A stretch of 64,000 nucleotides of DNA. It comes from a virus. The position numbers were made by a program, and so were the translations under genes. The notes under the pieces are model-generated. The model saw only the letters and a program-made list of their open reading frames with translations, was not told where the DNA came from and did no database searches. Each line of letters starts with the position of its first letter. Positions within the stretch are counted from its first letter, which is position 1. Positions 51,026-63,800 of the stretch are shown here, one piece after another. Where the stretch lies: the IMG/VR virus record IMGVR_UViG_3300037046_000297, positions 3,258-67,257 of that record, one strand, 5' to 3'.

Positions 51026-52099
51026 GTGTATAATTATCGTAAAGATGTGTCCTGTGTCGATCTCTTCTGCGGTGCCGGAGGCTTGACGTACGGCTTCGCT
51101 AGAGAAGGACTCCGAGTTAAGGCTGGCATAGACCTTGATCCCACCTGTCGCTATCCATTTTCTGCCAACAATGATTCCACATTTATAGAGCGAGATGTTT
51201 CACAAGTCGATGTATCCGAAATAATAGAACTTTACTCACCGAACACGATCTGGGTATTAGCGGGATGCGCCCCTTGTCAACCGTTTTCGACCTACAGTCA
51301 GCGATATGACACGAGGACGGATCAAAAGTGGGGCTTGCTTTACGAATTCGAACGGATAGCTGAAGGCGTCATGCCCGATATCGTGACCATGGAGAATGTA
51401 CCTACCATTAAGCGCCACAAGGTATTTAGCGATTTCGTGAAGGCTTTGAAGCGGCGGAGCTACGAAGTGTGGCACGATGTTGTGGACTGCGCAGCATATG
51501 GCGTACCGCAGTCTCGCCAGCGAATGGTTTTACTCGCGTCTCTGCATGGGTCGATAAGCTTGATCGAACCCCTCAGAGACGATTCGAGATACAAGACAGT
51601 CAGGCAGGCCATCGGACGGTTGCGCCCCATCGGTGCGGGAGAATCAGATCCTAAGGATGAGTTGCATGTCGCTTCGACGCTTTCTGCCAAGAATATGACT
51701 CGGATGCGTGCATCCAAACCTGGCGGAACCTGGCGGGACTGGCCGCGACATCTCGTTGCGAACTGTCACAAAGCAGATTCGGGGCGTACCTATCCCAGCG
51801 TATATGGGCGCATGGAGTGGGATAAACCTGCGCCGACGATCACGACGCAATGCTACGGGTTCGGCAATGGACGATTCGGTCATCCTGAACAGGACAGAGC
51901 GATATCCTTACGCGAAGCAGCAATACTCCAAGGCTTTCCTAAGAGCTATAAGCTCGTACCGCCACGTAAAGAGGTTCATATCAAACTCGTCGGACGACTG
52001 ATAGGCAACGCCGTACCCATTGATCTCGGGCGAGCTATAGCTAAGAGTATCGCCCGGCATATAGATGAGCGAAATGTGAGCCCGAAACACTATAAGTAA
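51026..52099 (+). CDS. dcm: C5 cytosine DNA methyltransferase (DruM-like position)
   Basis: DLFCGAGG, GCAPCQPFS, ENV, QSRQR, IGNAVP. Confidence 0.95.
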   Translation: MYNYRKDVSCVDLFCGAGGLTYGFAREGLRVKAGIDLDPTCRYPFSANNDSTFIERDVSQVDVSEIIELYSPNTIWVLAGCAPCQPFSTYSQRYDTRTDQKWGLLYEFERIAEGVMPDIVTMENVPTIKRHKVFSDFVKALKRRSYEVWHDVVDCAAYGVPQSRQRMVLLASLHGSISLIEPLRDDSRYKTVRQAIGRLRPIGAGESDPKDELHVASTLSAKNMTRMRASKPGGTWRDWPRHLVANCHKADSGRTYPSVYGRMEWDKPAPTITTQCYGFGNGRFGHPEQDRAISLREAAILQGFPKSYKLVPPRKEVHIKLVGRLIGNAVPIDLGRAIAKSIARHIDERNVSPKHYK

Positions 52100-52144
52100 A
52101 AGACGAATTGCAAACGTTATGCAACGTGAAACAGGGGGACCTGA

Positions 52145-52636
52145 TTGAGCAAAAACGTCGACGTTAAGAGGGAAATGAAATCGAGGAGTCGGATCCCTTT
52201 GACCCGTTCGGAGATCATGAAACGAGTAAAAAACAAGGATTCTGAAGCGGAACTCGCTCTTCGATCGGCCCTCCATGCGGTAGGGTTGAGATTCCGGCTT
52301 CATCGTCGCGTTGAAGGCGTAACAGTTGATATCGTCTTCCCCAGACCGAAAGTTGCCGTTTTCGTCGATGGTTGCTTCTGGCATGGCTGCCCGGAACACG
52401 CCACATTTCCGAAATCCAATCAGGATTATTGGCTGCCCAAGCTCGCTGAAAACATGGAGCGAGACGAACGCCAGTCGAATCGTCTGAAAGAATCGGGATG
52501 GAAAGTCATTCGTGCGTGGGAACACGAGGATTCGAAACTCGCAGCGGAGAAGATCGCTCGCATCGTCAGGAGCCAAGACCAAGTCGGAGATGGTTGGCGA
52601 CGAAGCCGAGACGAACGGGGTGGACGATGTCGGTGA
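52145..52636 (+). CDS. vsr: Very short patch repair endonuclease
   Basis: RSEIMKRVK, FVDGCFWHGC, WKVIRAWEH. Confidence 0.92.
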   Translation: MSKNVDVKREMKSRSRIPLTRSEIMKRVKNKDSEAELALRSALHAVGLRFRLHRRVEGVTVDIVFPRPKVAVFVDGCFWHGCPEHATFPKSNQDYWLPKLAENMERDERQSNRLKESGWKVIRAWEHEDSKLAAEKIARIVRSQDQVGDGWRRSRDERGGRCR

Positions 52637-55600
52637 AGGACCGCCAGTGGCAAAAATGGACCGTGCAGGATTGGAACGAAGCTCTATTCGAGCACTTCTT
52701 CCTTGATTCCGATGGCGAAGATCGCCCCGTCCACCGCATCCCGGTCACCGGAGACGAACTTCTCAAAATCGTCGGGGATCCCACCGGGGACGCCGACGAG
52801 GTCCAGAAGGCCTTTCTGACGGTTATTCGAACCTCCTCGCACATCGAATTCAATCACAGAATCTCTCGATACCCGACTGATCCGCAAGTCGGGTGGAGAG
52901 GCGCCGGAATCCCTCCCTTCTTCGCAGAACTAGCATTCTCATGCCTCGTCGCTTCTCCATCGGATGGCGAGATACGGGATGAAGGGAACTTTCGGAGCAG
53001 GCTTGCGTTGATAATGAATCACGATCTATCCTCAGCCAAATACCCCCTCGATACTCTCGCCACGCTGTGGAAGGCATTCGGCCGCTGGCTTAATACGAGG
53101 CGGGCCGCGGGGAGCCGGTATCGCAGACTGGAACTACCTCCACCCGATCACCGGGTTCGAATCGGATATTCGATCAAACTCGCGTTTCCATCCCGCAAGG
53201 ACATGGAGAACCTGATCAGGGTCTTGTCGTCAAAAGGGTTGACAGCCGATCCGCCGATACCGACGGTCTTAGCCTTGGTCGGGAAAGCATACCACAACTT
53301 CAGCCCCGGGTTCTGCGCATCGTACGATGAGTTTCGGTTCGCCTATCGAACCCGCAAGACAGATCTTGATCAATATCCATTTTGGGGGGCAATCCGCGAA
53401 GCGCTGGATAGTGTCGAAGACGCCCGACCTGGTGCCGCCGAGGACGCCGCCGTTCTATTGCTCGTAATGGAGCCTGGGGGCATGGTTCTCCTTTTGAGCG
53501 ATGCACAAAGAGAATTGGTCAAGGGTCAACTGTCGTTCGTCAAAGCCGACACGCCCTATGGGGAATTCCGAAATGTCCTCTGTGTCGGAAGAGACTTCGA
53601 ACAGGGTATCCAGAATGCTACACACATGATGCTACAAGGGCAATATAGGGGGCACCTGACTGGCAAGGGATGGTCCTCGATTCGCGTAGCCATAGAGCAG
53701 GGTGTCCTCCTCTTCATGAAAACCGAACGACTGTCCTGGGAACTCGTATTCACTCTGCAGGAGGAGGAGGGAGACTATCAGGTGCTCATCAAGGATTCCC
53801 TGGCACCGGCCCTTCTCTCTGCCTACCACGAAGATCGACCCCTCCATCCGAGAGCGTCTCGTTATCCAGGCTGGAAGACGTTGGGACGCTTTCGTGGAAA
53901 ATGGCTGGCTTCGTTGAGTTACGACGACACAAGCCCTCTCGCCGGGATACGCTGCCTGCAACCGACGGTTCGCGGAGCGCGGTTGTCGCTCGTCGGCGGT
54001 TGTTCGATTGACGGTGGCTATCTGGGAATCCCCGAGTGCCTCCCCTCGGTTCGGGCGCCCTTTTCCACCAAGGTTGAGTTGGTCCCACTGGAACCTAAAC
54101 GATGCGGTGACTTCCTTCGCCTCGCCAGACTTGCGCCCGATTCGGTGGAGTTCGCATTCCCCAGCGACTTTAAAACCACCCTGGAGGGCCACTTTTGTTT
54201 CGTTGGAAGTGTCGACGATCGCGTCTTGGTTCGAAAGGAAGTCGTCTTCCGACCGGACATCGTCGTGAACGATTATGCCCGGCCTACGAATCCAGATGCA
54301 TGGCTCGTTGAGGCGGGAGGCCCGGACATCATTACTTTCGCAGAGTCGTGCAGGAGGGAAAGGGAGAACATTGATCGATCGGGGGCAAAAGAAAACGGTG
54401 GTCGTGACGGAGGAACACCGTCCACCGAAACCAGCGTGCAGTCACTTTCAAAGACGGGGATTCTTGACTGGCAACGATTCATCTCACCAATTCTGCCAGG
54501 ATTCCACACCTGCGGGGATTTGGACGATTTCAGAGCCACTGGTCGCCTCATGGAGATCTACGGCGGGCTCGCAATGCGGCGAAGGGGCCTTCCAGAAGCG
54601 GAGTTCCTGGAGTTCCTGCAAAAGACGCTGACGGTGGATCGATACCGGTTATGGGACGTGGTCCGTGCCTGGGTCGAGGCAGGATATCTTGACAGATTGA
54701 TGTCCCGGAACTGGCAACGGACGGAGTACTTTCCGCGCATCCCTCGGTTCGTATTGGATCAAAATGGCTCTCAGGTGAGAGGGGCACTGCCTGGCTTGGC
54801 TACGAGCTCTCTTCGCAGGCGCGTGGATGTCGACCTTTTGGAAAGGGGCGCCAAGCGAATCGAGACCCTTTCCTTTTCCGAGTGGCTTCCACCGATCCCC
54901 ATGTGGGTAGCTCAAGATGCCAAAGCATTCGAAGAGGTGTCTCGATCCCTTGCGCTGGAGGAGCCGACGTGGGTTCGACCGATAACAGAAGCCCTCTGGA
55001 CCCTCTCGAAGGTCACTTCCTGCAAGCAGGATCCACCTCGATTCTACTATTGCTGGGGTTGTTGGGATTGGAAGCGGGGAGGGTTCGTGAGGGAAACCAA
55101 GCCTTCGGGTCATGGGGTCGAGGTGATTCGCTTCCTTCACAGGGAGAGACCGCCCTTCTACCAGGTACTGGCGGATGGGGAACACGTGTGGTGGAGCATG
55201 TCGCGGAACTGGGCGTTGCTGCTGGCCCATGATCTCTTAGGCGTGCCGTGCTTCGCGCTATTCGGGTCCGAACAGGTCGTTCGGTCGGTCAGGGGTCAGG
55301 TCCATCTGCCGCTCCCAATCGCTCGGTACCTTGCCGTCACGTGCCCGGTCTCGTCTGGGCCCGTATGCGATCGACCCGGCGCATATTGCTACCAGTTCCG
55401 AGATTCGTCGGAGAGGTCTCGTATAGCTGCGGCCATTTGGGGTGGCACTAAGATCCCGGTCGAGGAGTTGAGACGATGGGGCCGGTGGATGCTTGATTTA
55501 TCGAAGCGTCCGCCCGCGAATTTCGACGGTCGCTCCATACCGTTGCCCACATCGGTCAAGCTGGAACTCGACCGATTTCCGGACGTCCCTGAGTTCCAGG

Positions 55601-55686
55601 AGTTATCTCGCAGCAGGTTCGACCTTTCTCTCCTTCCAAGACTGAGAGATGGGCTGTCTCGCTTAACCAAGGATAGGGGGGATTGA
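52627..55686 (+). CDS. Large defence-associated protein (Druantia accessory-like)
   Basis: About 1020 aa, starting at ATG 52627 which overlaps the vsr end; WNEALFEHFF start; operon context. Confidence 0.55.
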   Translation: MSVKDRQWQKWTVQDWNEALFEHFFLDSDGEDRPVHRIPVTGDELLKIVGDPTGDADEVQKAFLTVIRTSSHIEFNHRISRYPTDPQVGWRGAGIPPFFAELAFSCLVASPSDGEIRDEGNFRSRLALIMNHDLSSAKYPLDTLATLWKAFGRWLNTRRAAGSRYRRLELPPPDHRVRIGYSIKLAFPSRKDMENLIRVLSSKGLTADPPIPTVLALVGKAYHNFSPGFCASYDEFRFAYRTRKTDLDQYPFWGAIREALDSVEDARPGAAEDAAVLLLVMEPGGMVLLLSDAQRELVKGQLSFVKADTPYGEFRNVLCVGRDFEQGIQNATHMMLQGQYRGHLTGKGWSSIRVAIEQGVLLFMKTERLSWELVFTLQEEEGDYQVLIKDSLAPALLSAYHEDRPLHPRASRYPGWKTLGRFRGKWLASLSYDDTSPLAGIRCLQPTVRGARLSLVGGCSIDGGYLGIPECLPSVRAPFSTKVELVPLEPKRCGDFLRLARLAPDSVEFAFPSDFKTTLEGHFCFVGSVDDRVLVRKEVVFRPDIVVNDYARPTNPDAWLVEAGGPDIITFAESCRRERENIDRSGAKENGGRDGGTPSTETSVQSLSKTGILDWQRFISPILPGFHTCGDLDDFRATGRLMEIYGGLAMRRRGLPEAEFLEFLQKTLTVDRYRLWDVVRAWVEAGYLDRLMSRNWQRTEYFPRIPRFVLDQNGSQVRGALPGLATSSLRRRVDVDLLERGAKRIETLSFSEWLPPIPMWVAQDAKAFEEVSRSLALEEPTWVRPITEALWTLSKVTSCKQDPPRFYYCWGCWDWKRGGFVRETKPSGHGVEVIRFLHRERPPFYQVLADGEHVWWSMSRNWALLLAHDLLGVPCFALFGSEQVVRSVRGQVHLPLPIARYLAVTCPVSSGPVCDRPGAYCYQFRDSSERSRIAAAIWGGTKIPVEELRRWGRWMLDLSKRPPANFDGRSIPLPTSVKLELDRFPDVPEFQELSRSRFDLSLLPRLRDGLSRLTKDRGD

Positions 55687-55687
55687 G

Positions 55688-57889
55688 ATGTCCGACGTCG
55701 TCTACATCGGTCGGGTCAAGTGGGTGTTCGAGAACGACAAGAAAAACTATCGACACGCGACCGTGGTGCCTCTAATCCAATCGTCCGATGACCAGAAGCG
55801 TTGGATCGGATCCATTGAAGAACTAGTGGTCGAGTTCCCGGCAAGAGGTTTCGTGAACTGGCACGATGCCCCCAAAGGGTTGGAGGTGGGTGATTACCGC
55901 CAGTTCGAAGTAGAACGCCACCCGTTCTATGAGAGGCAACCAGACAAAGAAGAATTCCAGATTCGGAACCCCAAGTACCCGACGGAGATCATCGACCTTA
56001 GGGAAATCGGATCGGAACGCGACATCCGAATTCTCATGACGAGCAAAGGAGTGTTCCTGAACGAAAGGCCCCTCGTCGAGCGTTGCTTGCTATGGATCCG
56101 CGACGAGAAGTGGATCGGCCCCGTTGATTTGCTCCAGAGAACCGGTACCAGTTCCTGGGTTATGGCTCCCTCGCAGCTGCTTGATGCGATCCGTTGTTGG
56201 AAGGTCCCAGTCGTCGCCATTCAACAAGTAGAACTAGAGGGGACGAGATACCTGCTGACCCCGAATCAGGATACCCTCGGACAGCACATGGGTTTCGTCA
56301 CATGGGAAGAAGACGAGATCTTAGCTAAACGAGTGTTGAACCGACTCCAGAAACGGGACAAAAAGACCGCAGAGGCTTTGAAGATTTCGAAAGATGTTTT
56401 CAAGACATACGTTGACATCATAGTAAAGGCTGGGCTCGTAGGTTCTGAACTTGATCAGGAGCTATCCTTCAAAGAGCGTATTCAAGAAATACTGGATGTC
56501 CTCGCGAAAAACGAAGAACTCTTGGACGAAGCCGCTAGCGTTTGTTTCGCTATCGGCCCAGTCAAACAAGAGATAGAGGAGAAGGCGAAAAAGGAGTACG
56601 AAAAGAAGCTTTCGGAGCTTGAAGAACGGCTGGACACCGATCTCGCCGCCAAGAAGCATGAGATCGAGGACGCCGAGACCGATTTAGAGGAGAAGAGATC
56701 ACAGCTTGATTTCTTGCAGAATCGCATCACAACCGCCGAGCAGAAGTTGGCCGAGCTGGTGGACCAGTTCGACACCGAGTTAACCGAGAAACTCCGAGAA
56801 GTCGCCGCGAAGCCTGAACGGCTGTTTGCAGAGATGGCATTCATCGGGGCTATTTCGTCGGCTTTCCGGCCTGCGATTTCCGCTGCATCACGAGGAACTC
56901 CCCGCGCAAAGCACATTCTCGTGCCAGACGTCCCGGCTTTACGAGAACCGAACGCCTTGGTGGGGGAGCTCTCTCAACGACTTTTAAGCATTGGTGTCTC
57001 ACCGCAGGTCGGACAGACTCTCCACTGCGCTTTGTCGTCTGGCATCGTACCTGTCGTTATCGGGCCCGATGGCCTCGACGTGGTCCGCTCATATGCCGAT
57101 TGCATTTCAGGGGGTGTGCTCCACTGGATTCCAGTCAGTGGAACGTTTTTTGAGCCCGCCGACCTGCTGGGAAGGATCAATCCATCTTCGCGCTCCTTCG
57201 TTCCTCACCCCGGCGGCTTGCTCGATTTGCTCCTTGACGATTCGGATGCTGTTCATCTCGTGGTCTTGGAAGGGTTCAATCGGGCCGCCTCGGATGGGTA
57301 TTTGCTCCCGCTAGTCCAGTCGCTTCAAGACGCAGCCGAAGGACGCTGTCAAATTACCGTTCCACTCGTTCCGCAAGGCTTCTCAAGAGATGGAGATCCC
57401 TATGGTGCAGCACGCCGCGTCGCCTGGCGCCGTAACGTCCTCCTAGTGTTGAGGCCCACTTCGGGAGCCTCCGTGTTGCCCGTACCCCGTGAGCTTTGGA
57501 CGCATTGTGTCGTGATAGATACCGAGTCGGCAGCGGGCTTGGTCAAATTGCCACCGAAACAGGCGACCCGCGTGACCAAGATGGACTGGGACAGATGGTT
57601 CGATCAATCACTGTCTCTCTCTGAACCACTGGAGAGACTCTCGAAACATCCCAAGGCGCGCACTCCTCTGCCTCGCTGCATTCGTCGAAAAATCGAACGC
57701 ATCTATGGGGCAGGAGTGGCACTCGGGTTGAACTCGGACAGGGCGACCGACCAAGCCCTCAAGGTCGGCTTGGTGCCCTATCTCGTGACATGCGACGAGC
57801 CGCTGGCCGAGTGGTCGAAGGTCTTGGGGTTCGAACTGGACGAACAGAATAAACGAGTCGAAAACATCGTAAGACAGCTGGAGGAGTGA
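55688..57889 (+). CDS. Defence-associated protein with coiled coil and degenerate AAA+/McrB-like domain
   Basis: Central coiled coil; EPADLLG, LVVLEGFNRA; no intact Walker A lysine. Confidence 0.6.
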   Translation: MSDVVYIGRVKWVFENDKKNYRHATVVPLIQSSDDQKRWIGSIEELVVEFPARGFVNWHDAPKGLEVGDYRQFEVERHPFYERQPDKEEFQIRNPKYPTEIIDLREIGSERDIRILMTSKGVFLNERPLVERCLLWIRDEKWIGPVDLLQRTGTSSWVMAPSQLLDAIRCWKVPVVAIQQVELEGTRYLLTPNQDTLGQHMGFVTWEEDEILAKRVLNRLQKRDKKTAEALKISKDVFKTYVDIIVKAGLVGSELDQELSFKERIQEILDVLAKNEELLDEAASVCFAIGPVKQEIEEKAKKEYEKKLSELEERLDTDLAAKKHEIEDAETDLEEKRSQLDFLQNRITTAEQKLAELVDQFDTELTEKLREVAAKPERLFAEMAFIGAISSAFRPAISAASRGTPRAKHILVPDVPALREPNALVGELSQRLLSIGVSPQVGQTLHCALSSGIVPVVIGPDGLDVVRSYADCISGGVLHWIPVSGTFFEPADLLGRINPSSRSFVPHPGGLLDLLLDDSDAVHLVVLEGFNRAASDGYLLPLVQSLQDAAEGRCQITVPLVPQGFSRDGDPYGAARRVAWRRNVLLVLRPTSGASVLPVPRELWTHCVVIDTESAAGLVKLPPKQATRVTKMDWDRWFDQSLSLSEPLERLSKHPKARTPLPRCIRRKIERIYGAGVALGLNSDRATDQALKVGLVPYLVTCDEPLAEWSKVLGFELDEQNKRVENIVRQLEE

Positions 57890-57892
57890 CAA

Positions 57893-60800
57893 ATGCAAGA
57901 TCCGATCGGCGGTTTTGAACGCATCAGGGACTTCTACATCACCTACACCGAGACCGCGTTCCGGATACGCGATCCTGGGGTGACGAGAGAACGACGTGAC
58001 CTCCTCGAATCCCCGGGCTCGCTCTGCACGGAACCACTGTTGGAGCCGATCCCCCGGTACGAGCCAGACTACCTGATTGAGTCCTTGGCTACCGACGTTG
58101 CCGAAGATCCCAGGGTTCCGGGTTTCTCTCCGCAGGCCCGGCGGGCCTTCGTAGACCTTACCCTTTCCGGCCTCCTGGATGGCAATGTCACCGAGGAGGG
58201 GAAGCGGGTATCCTCGTTCAAGATCTACGAGCATCAAGCAACGATGCTGAAAAGAGGTGTCCAGGAGGGGCTGCCGGGCATCGTGACTTCGGGCACTGGA
58301 TCCGGGAAGACCGAAGCCTTCTTGCTGCCGATCTTCGCTCGGATCGTCAAAGAGGCCATCGGCTGGCCTGCGCCTAGAGACGGTTTCCTGAAGAATCGTT
58401 GGTGGCAGCGCCCGGACAGCCGACCGTACGCTAAGTACACGGAGATCCCCGAGCATCTGCGACCGTCGAAGAAACGCCCCGACTCGACTCCCTTTCGTAT
58501 CCAGCGGGAAGGCGAACATCCGGAGAGGCCGAAGGCGCTTCGTGCGATCGTATTGTACCCCATGAACGCTTTGGTCGAAGACCAGATGACACGTATCCGC
58601 GTCGCCTTGGATTCGGACGAGGCTCGTGCGTCCATGGACGAGCACTTCAAAGGGAACCGGATTTTTTTCGGCAGGTATACGAGCATGACGAAGGTCACAG
58701 GATTCCACGTACATCCCAGGCCGAACGTCGACGAGGTAAATGGTCAACCGGAATACGGGAGGCGCACCAGAAAGCTCCAGGAACTGTTCACCGCTTGCGT
58801 AGCGATGCAGGAAACCCAGGAGAGGGCGCGAGAGATCGACGGGAAAGGCGGCGGAGAGGACGAGGAAGTTCGCTATCTGTTCCCATCGGTTGATGGGGGC
58901 GAGCTGACGAGCCGGTGGGACATCCAGGAAACGCCTCCGGACATCCTGATCACGAACATCAGCATGTTGAACGCGATCCTCGCCCGGGAGGTGGATTCTC
59001 TGATCATCGACAAGACTCGTGATTGGATCACAACCAACGACGACGCTTACTTCTACCTCGTTCTAGACGAGTTGCATCTCCAGCGGGGGTCGGCTGGTAC
59101 TGAAGTCTGCTATCTCCTGAGGTTATTGTTCATGCGCCTCGGACTCACCGACCCCGCACATCGTCACAAACTTCGGATCCTCGCGTCCAGTGCATCGTTG
59201 CCAACCGAAGGGAAGAGCGGTGAGGACAGCCTACAGTATCTCTGGGACATGTTCGGGGTCCACGGAACCTGGTCGAAGACTTCGGGCCGTCCGTCCGACC
59301 CGAATGCCGTCTGGAAGGAGTCCATTGTGCCAGGCCGTTCGGTGGACGAGGTTCCATCGGGCAGACACCGCCTTGATCCGACCCCGTTTCGGGCGTTGCT
59401 GGACGCCAGCAGGGCGACGAGTCGCGACGTTGCCAAACTGGTACCCCCCTCAACCGCCGAACCCCTCTGGAGAGATGTCCATGCGGCGCTGTTCCAGCGC
59501 GTCAGCCCGCCCGAGATCCGGGAATTGGTCGCAGCCTGCTCGGTGGAAGCGGCGAGGCGGGTTGCTCGGGCGTGCTGGTCGGAAAGCGAAGGCCGCTACC
59601 GGGCCAAGACGGTGTCCGACCTGGCCGAGAAGCTCTTCGGAAGCAGGGAAGGCGGCTGGAGCGTAGCACTCCAGGGTCTCCTACTGGTGCGCGGTGCGGT
59701 GGAACTATTCTCCGGTTGGTGGCCGGACTCGATGGTGCCAAACGCATCGTCGTTCAGGGTACACACATTCTTTCGCAGTATTGAGGGACTCTTTGCAGCC
59801 GTCAGCGACTCGTCGAGCATTCCCAAGGAACACCAGAGCCCTCAGCGCGTGATCGGACCGATGACTGTGGACCGCGGGGTTCGGTTCCAGAAGGTCTCCG
59901 ATGGCGGAGTCGGCAATCGTGTCGTCGAGTTGGTCTACTGCGAATGCTGTGGGGAGCTGTTTCTGGCTGGATCTAAAGGAGAGGATCCCAAAGGGGAGTT
60001 CGTGGAAATGCTTCCCTGCGAGCCGGAGCTGGAGGGTTTGCCGGACTCGGCAGCACAGCAATTCTTCGAGGACCTCAGCGCAAAGGAGTTCGCCCTCTTC
60101 TGGCCCACCGAGAAGAATCCGCTCTTCTGGCCGAATGCCGATAGAACCCCAGAGGACCCTCAAGTCGGGGTGTGGAAGAAGGCCGTCTACGACCCTCGTT
60201 CTGCAAGGGTCAGATTCACCTCTGTGACGTCCGGTTCTGTGACACCCGGGTACGTCCGGGGTTTCTTTTACCACCGCGACGAGGCAGGCAAGGACAGTCA
60301 CAAACGCAATGGTTCGGCGCCCGGGACCGCGGTCCCCTACGAGTGTCCTTCCTGCGCCAGCGATTACAGCGGAAGAGACCTACGGTTCCGGCTTTCACCG
60401 ATCAGGAACTTTCGGGCTGGCTTCGCAAAGACGACACAACTCCTTTCGACGGAGATGTTCGGACTCCTCCGAATCGAAGAAGTCACTCCCAAGTTGGTGT
60501 CCTTCTCCGACAGCAGACAAGATGCCGCGCGAGCCGCTCTCGACATCGAAGCGCGACGACATCAAGACCTGTGGAGGGAACTGCTCGTACGCGAGTTGCG
60601 AAAGGTGGACGCCGCAAGACCCCAGAAGGAGGACTTGGAGCGTAGGATCAAGGAATTGACGGTACAGATCCCCCAAGCTTGGACGTCGGGTGAGCCGGGT
60701 AGCACCGATAAGGCAATGGCCCTCACGGAAGAAATGAAGTTTGCTTCGGACGCCCTCAAAAAGGCGAACCGGGACGAGATCCCTCTGTCGGAGGTCTTGG

Positions 60801-63800
60801 AATCGAACAAAGCCACTGGCGATTTCTTCATGCGCCGTGAAGACGGCAGGAAGCCCCTGAAGCCCATGCTCGCTGGTTTCGTGGGGATCGGGGTCCATCC
60901 CGTTTCCCCTACCGGTGTTGGGTGGATCCAGGCCGAGGGAGACAAGTGGTACACATGGGAGAAGCTCTTCACCATCGACGCCGCCAAACGTGCCGACTGG
61001 CGGGACTACACCACGGATTCGGCGCAGATCAACGTGAACACCGCCCGGCACGGACTCGTGTCCAAGGCGCAGAAGCTTGTCACCGAAGTGATCTTCAACA
61101 AGACGTACTTCTCCTTAGAAGAGACCGGGCTCGGATATCCCTGTGTGCCCAGCCAGTTCCCACCCGAGCGGCGGACCGTGCTGGACGCATTCCTCCGAGT
61201 TCTCGGGGATGCCTATCGTTTGTCCGACAGCCCTTGGGCCAATAAACCCTCCGACTACTCCGCCGAGTGGAGTTCCTCTGCAGAAATTGGGCCGAAACAC
61301 AGGGTGCGCAGATTCTCGCAGGCTATCTGGTCCGACGACGACCTGGTGAACGAAGAACTCGACCGTGTATTGGAGGACCTATCGCTTGCGGGGCACAAGG
61401 GCGGCTACGTTTCGACTTCTGCCCTGTACTTTCGCCTCGTGGGCGACGATCACCCGTTTTGGAGGTGCCCCAACTGTGGTCGGGTCCACTTGCATCGTGG
61501 AGCGGGTCGATGTACACGTTGCCAGGAGGCGCTGCCGGAAACGGCCGACGGGAAGGCACAGGACCTTCGCCGGACCAGCTTCCTCGCGAAACGAATCGAG
61601 CGAGACGATCGCACCTTCCGGTTGCGCTGCGAGGAACTGACGGGCCAGACGGACGATCCAGCCGATCGACAGCGCCGTTTCAAGGGCATCCTCATTGAAG
61701 ACGACCCAGAGCCCTTGTTGGAATTAGCTCGGGTCGTGGATCTGCTGACCGTCACCACCACGATGGAAGTCGGGATTGATATCGGCCCGCTGCGCGCCGT
61801 CTTCCAGGCGAACATGCCGCCACAGCGGTTCAACTACCAGCAGCGTGTGGGGCGTGCCGGTCGACGCAAGCGTGCCTACTCAATGGCGCTAACGATCTGT
61901 CGTAGCAAGAGCCACGATCTGCATTACTTCTGGCACCCGGAGTCGATCACCGGCGACGATCCCCCGCCACCGTTCCTCACGAAGTCCCAATCGACCGCAG
62001 CCCTGCGGTTCGTTCGCAAGGCGTGGATGTGCAAGGCCTTCGAGAACATACGAAACGACTGCCAATCAAAGGGGCTTCCTTATCCGGGAGACAACATTAA
62101 ACCACCCGATATCCACGGCGAGTTCGTACCCATGCGAATGTTCTTTAACCATACACTCGGATGGAAGACGAGGCTACGGAATGAGCTGGAGGCGACCAAG
62201 GCATATCGCCGGAAGGTCCAAGACATACTTTTCGAGGACTCCAGCCTGGTCTCCGATTCGACACCCGAGTCCTATGACGTCGGCGACCTGCTCAAGGAGA
62301 TCGCCGATGTGCAGGGCTCTGGAATCGAAGAGCGAGGCCTTGCGCACACCCTTGCCGAGGCGGGTCTCCTTCCCATGTATGGGATGCCCACGCGAGTGCG
62401 AAACCTTTACTGCAACCACCAACGCCAAGACAAGGAGGTGCCGAACCGAAGATGGGAAACCATCGACCGCGATCTGGATTTGGCGATCTATGAATTCGCT
62501 CCGGGCTCGGTGCTCGTGAAGGACAAGCTTCAGCATCTGTGCATCGGTTTCACCGGACCAATAACCGATTTCCGGGACTGGGCACGGAAGGGGACCACGA
62601 TCCCTGTCTCCCCGATGGGTCCAGCGTTTACGGAATCCTTTTGGATGGTTCAGTGTACGAAGTGTGGGGCTTGGAGCCGTTTCCTGTCGAAACCCGAACC
62701 GGGGGAACAGGAGTGTGGGGCATGTGGCGGCATGGTGGATCGCCAGCGTGCAACGGAATGCCGGGTTCCCAGCGGATTCAGAACCGATTTTTCCCCCCGT
62801 TCGTTCGACGACGAAGTTGTCGAATCCCGTAAGCACAGGTCGCTCACGGCTGAGGGAATGCCTCTGCGAATGAGCGACGATCCGAACTCGAACCTGTCGT
62901 ACAGCTGTGAAACAAAGAGTCGGACCTACCGTCTCAACCGCGGCAGGAGGGTCGAGGACGACTCGGCGCGATGGGAGGGCTTCGGGGCATCTGGCGGCAG
63001 CGAGAGACTCAAACGCGCGCGTCAATGTCTTCTTAATGGCCAATTCATTGGAGATGGACAATCAACCCACGGCGATTTCCAGCCCGATCCAGCTGCCGAC
63101 TCTTTCAATGGGATATGGCTCGCCGCCCCCAAGACGACAGACTCCCTCTTCGTTGCTCCCAAATTGGTTCCGCAGGGGCTCAGACCGAACCTCTGGGGGT
63201 CCGAGATCGAACGAGATCCGGCGATCCGTGCGGCTGCCCTCTCCGCCACGTTCATCCTGGTGCATCGCGCTGCGCTCGAATTGGACGTGGACCCAGACGA
63301 GTTCGACGTCGTCGAGCCTCGCATGGGGAAGCCGGGAGGCAGATCTGCGGTTCCTATCCTCCAGTTCACGGACCACCTGATCAACGGGGCAGGGTTCTGC
63401 GAACGTCTGGCTAAGACGGAGGATAGTGGCTCTCCCATGATCGCAAAATTGATCGGATCAATCATCCAAGACGAACACGAATACCCCCTGAAGGACTTCT
63501 TGAAAATCGAGACGAAACCGAATCAATACGATCACCGGGAACAGTGCGATCAATCTTGCTATCGGTGTCTCCAACGCTATGGGAACCAGATGTACCACGG
63601 GTTGCTCGACTGGCGTTTGGGGCTCGACTTCCTCCAAATGATGCACGATCCCGACTACAAGTGCGGATACGACGGCAACTTCGAGGGTCCTGCTCTTGAA
63701 GACTGGCCGAAACTTGCAGCACGATACGCCGATGAGATGATCCGTTTCGAGATCGGCAAGGGAGAGGTCAAAAACGTTGGTGGATTAGTCGCCTTCCGGT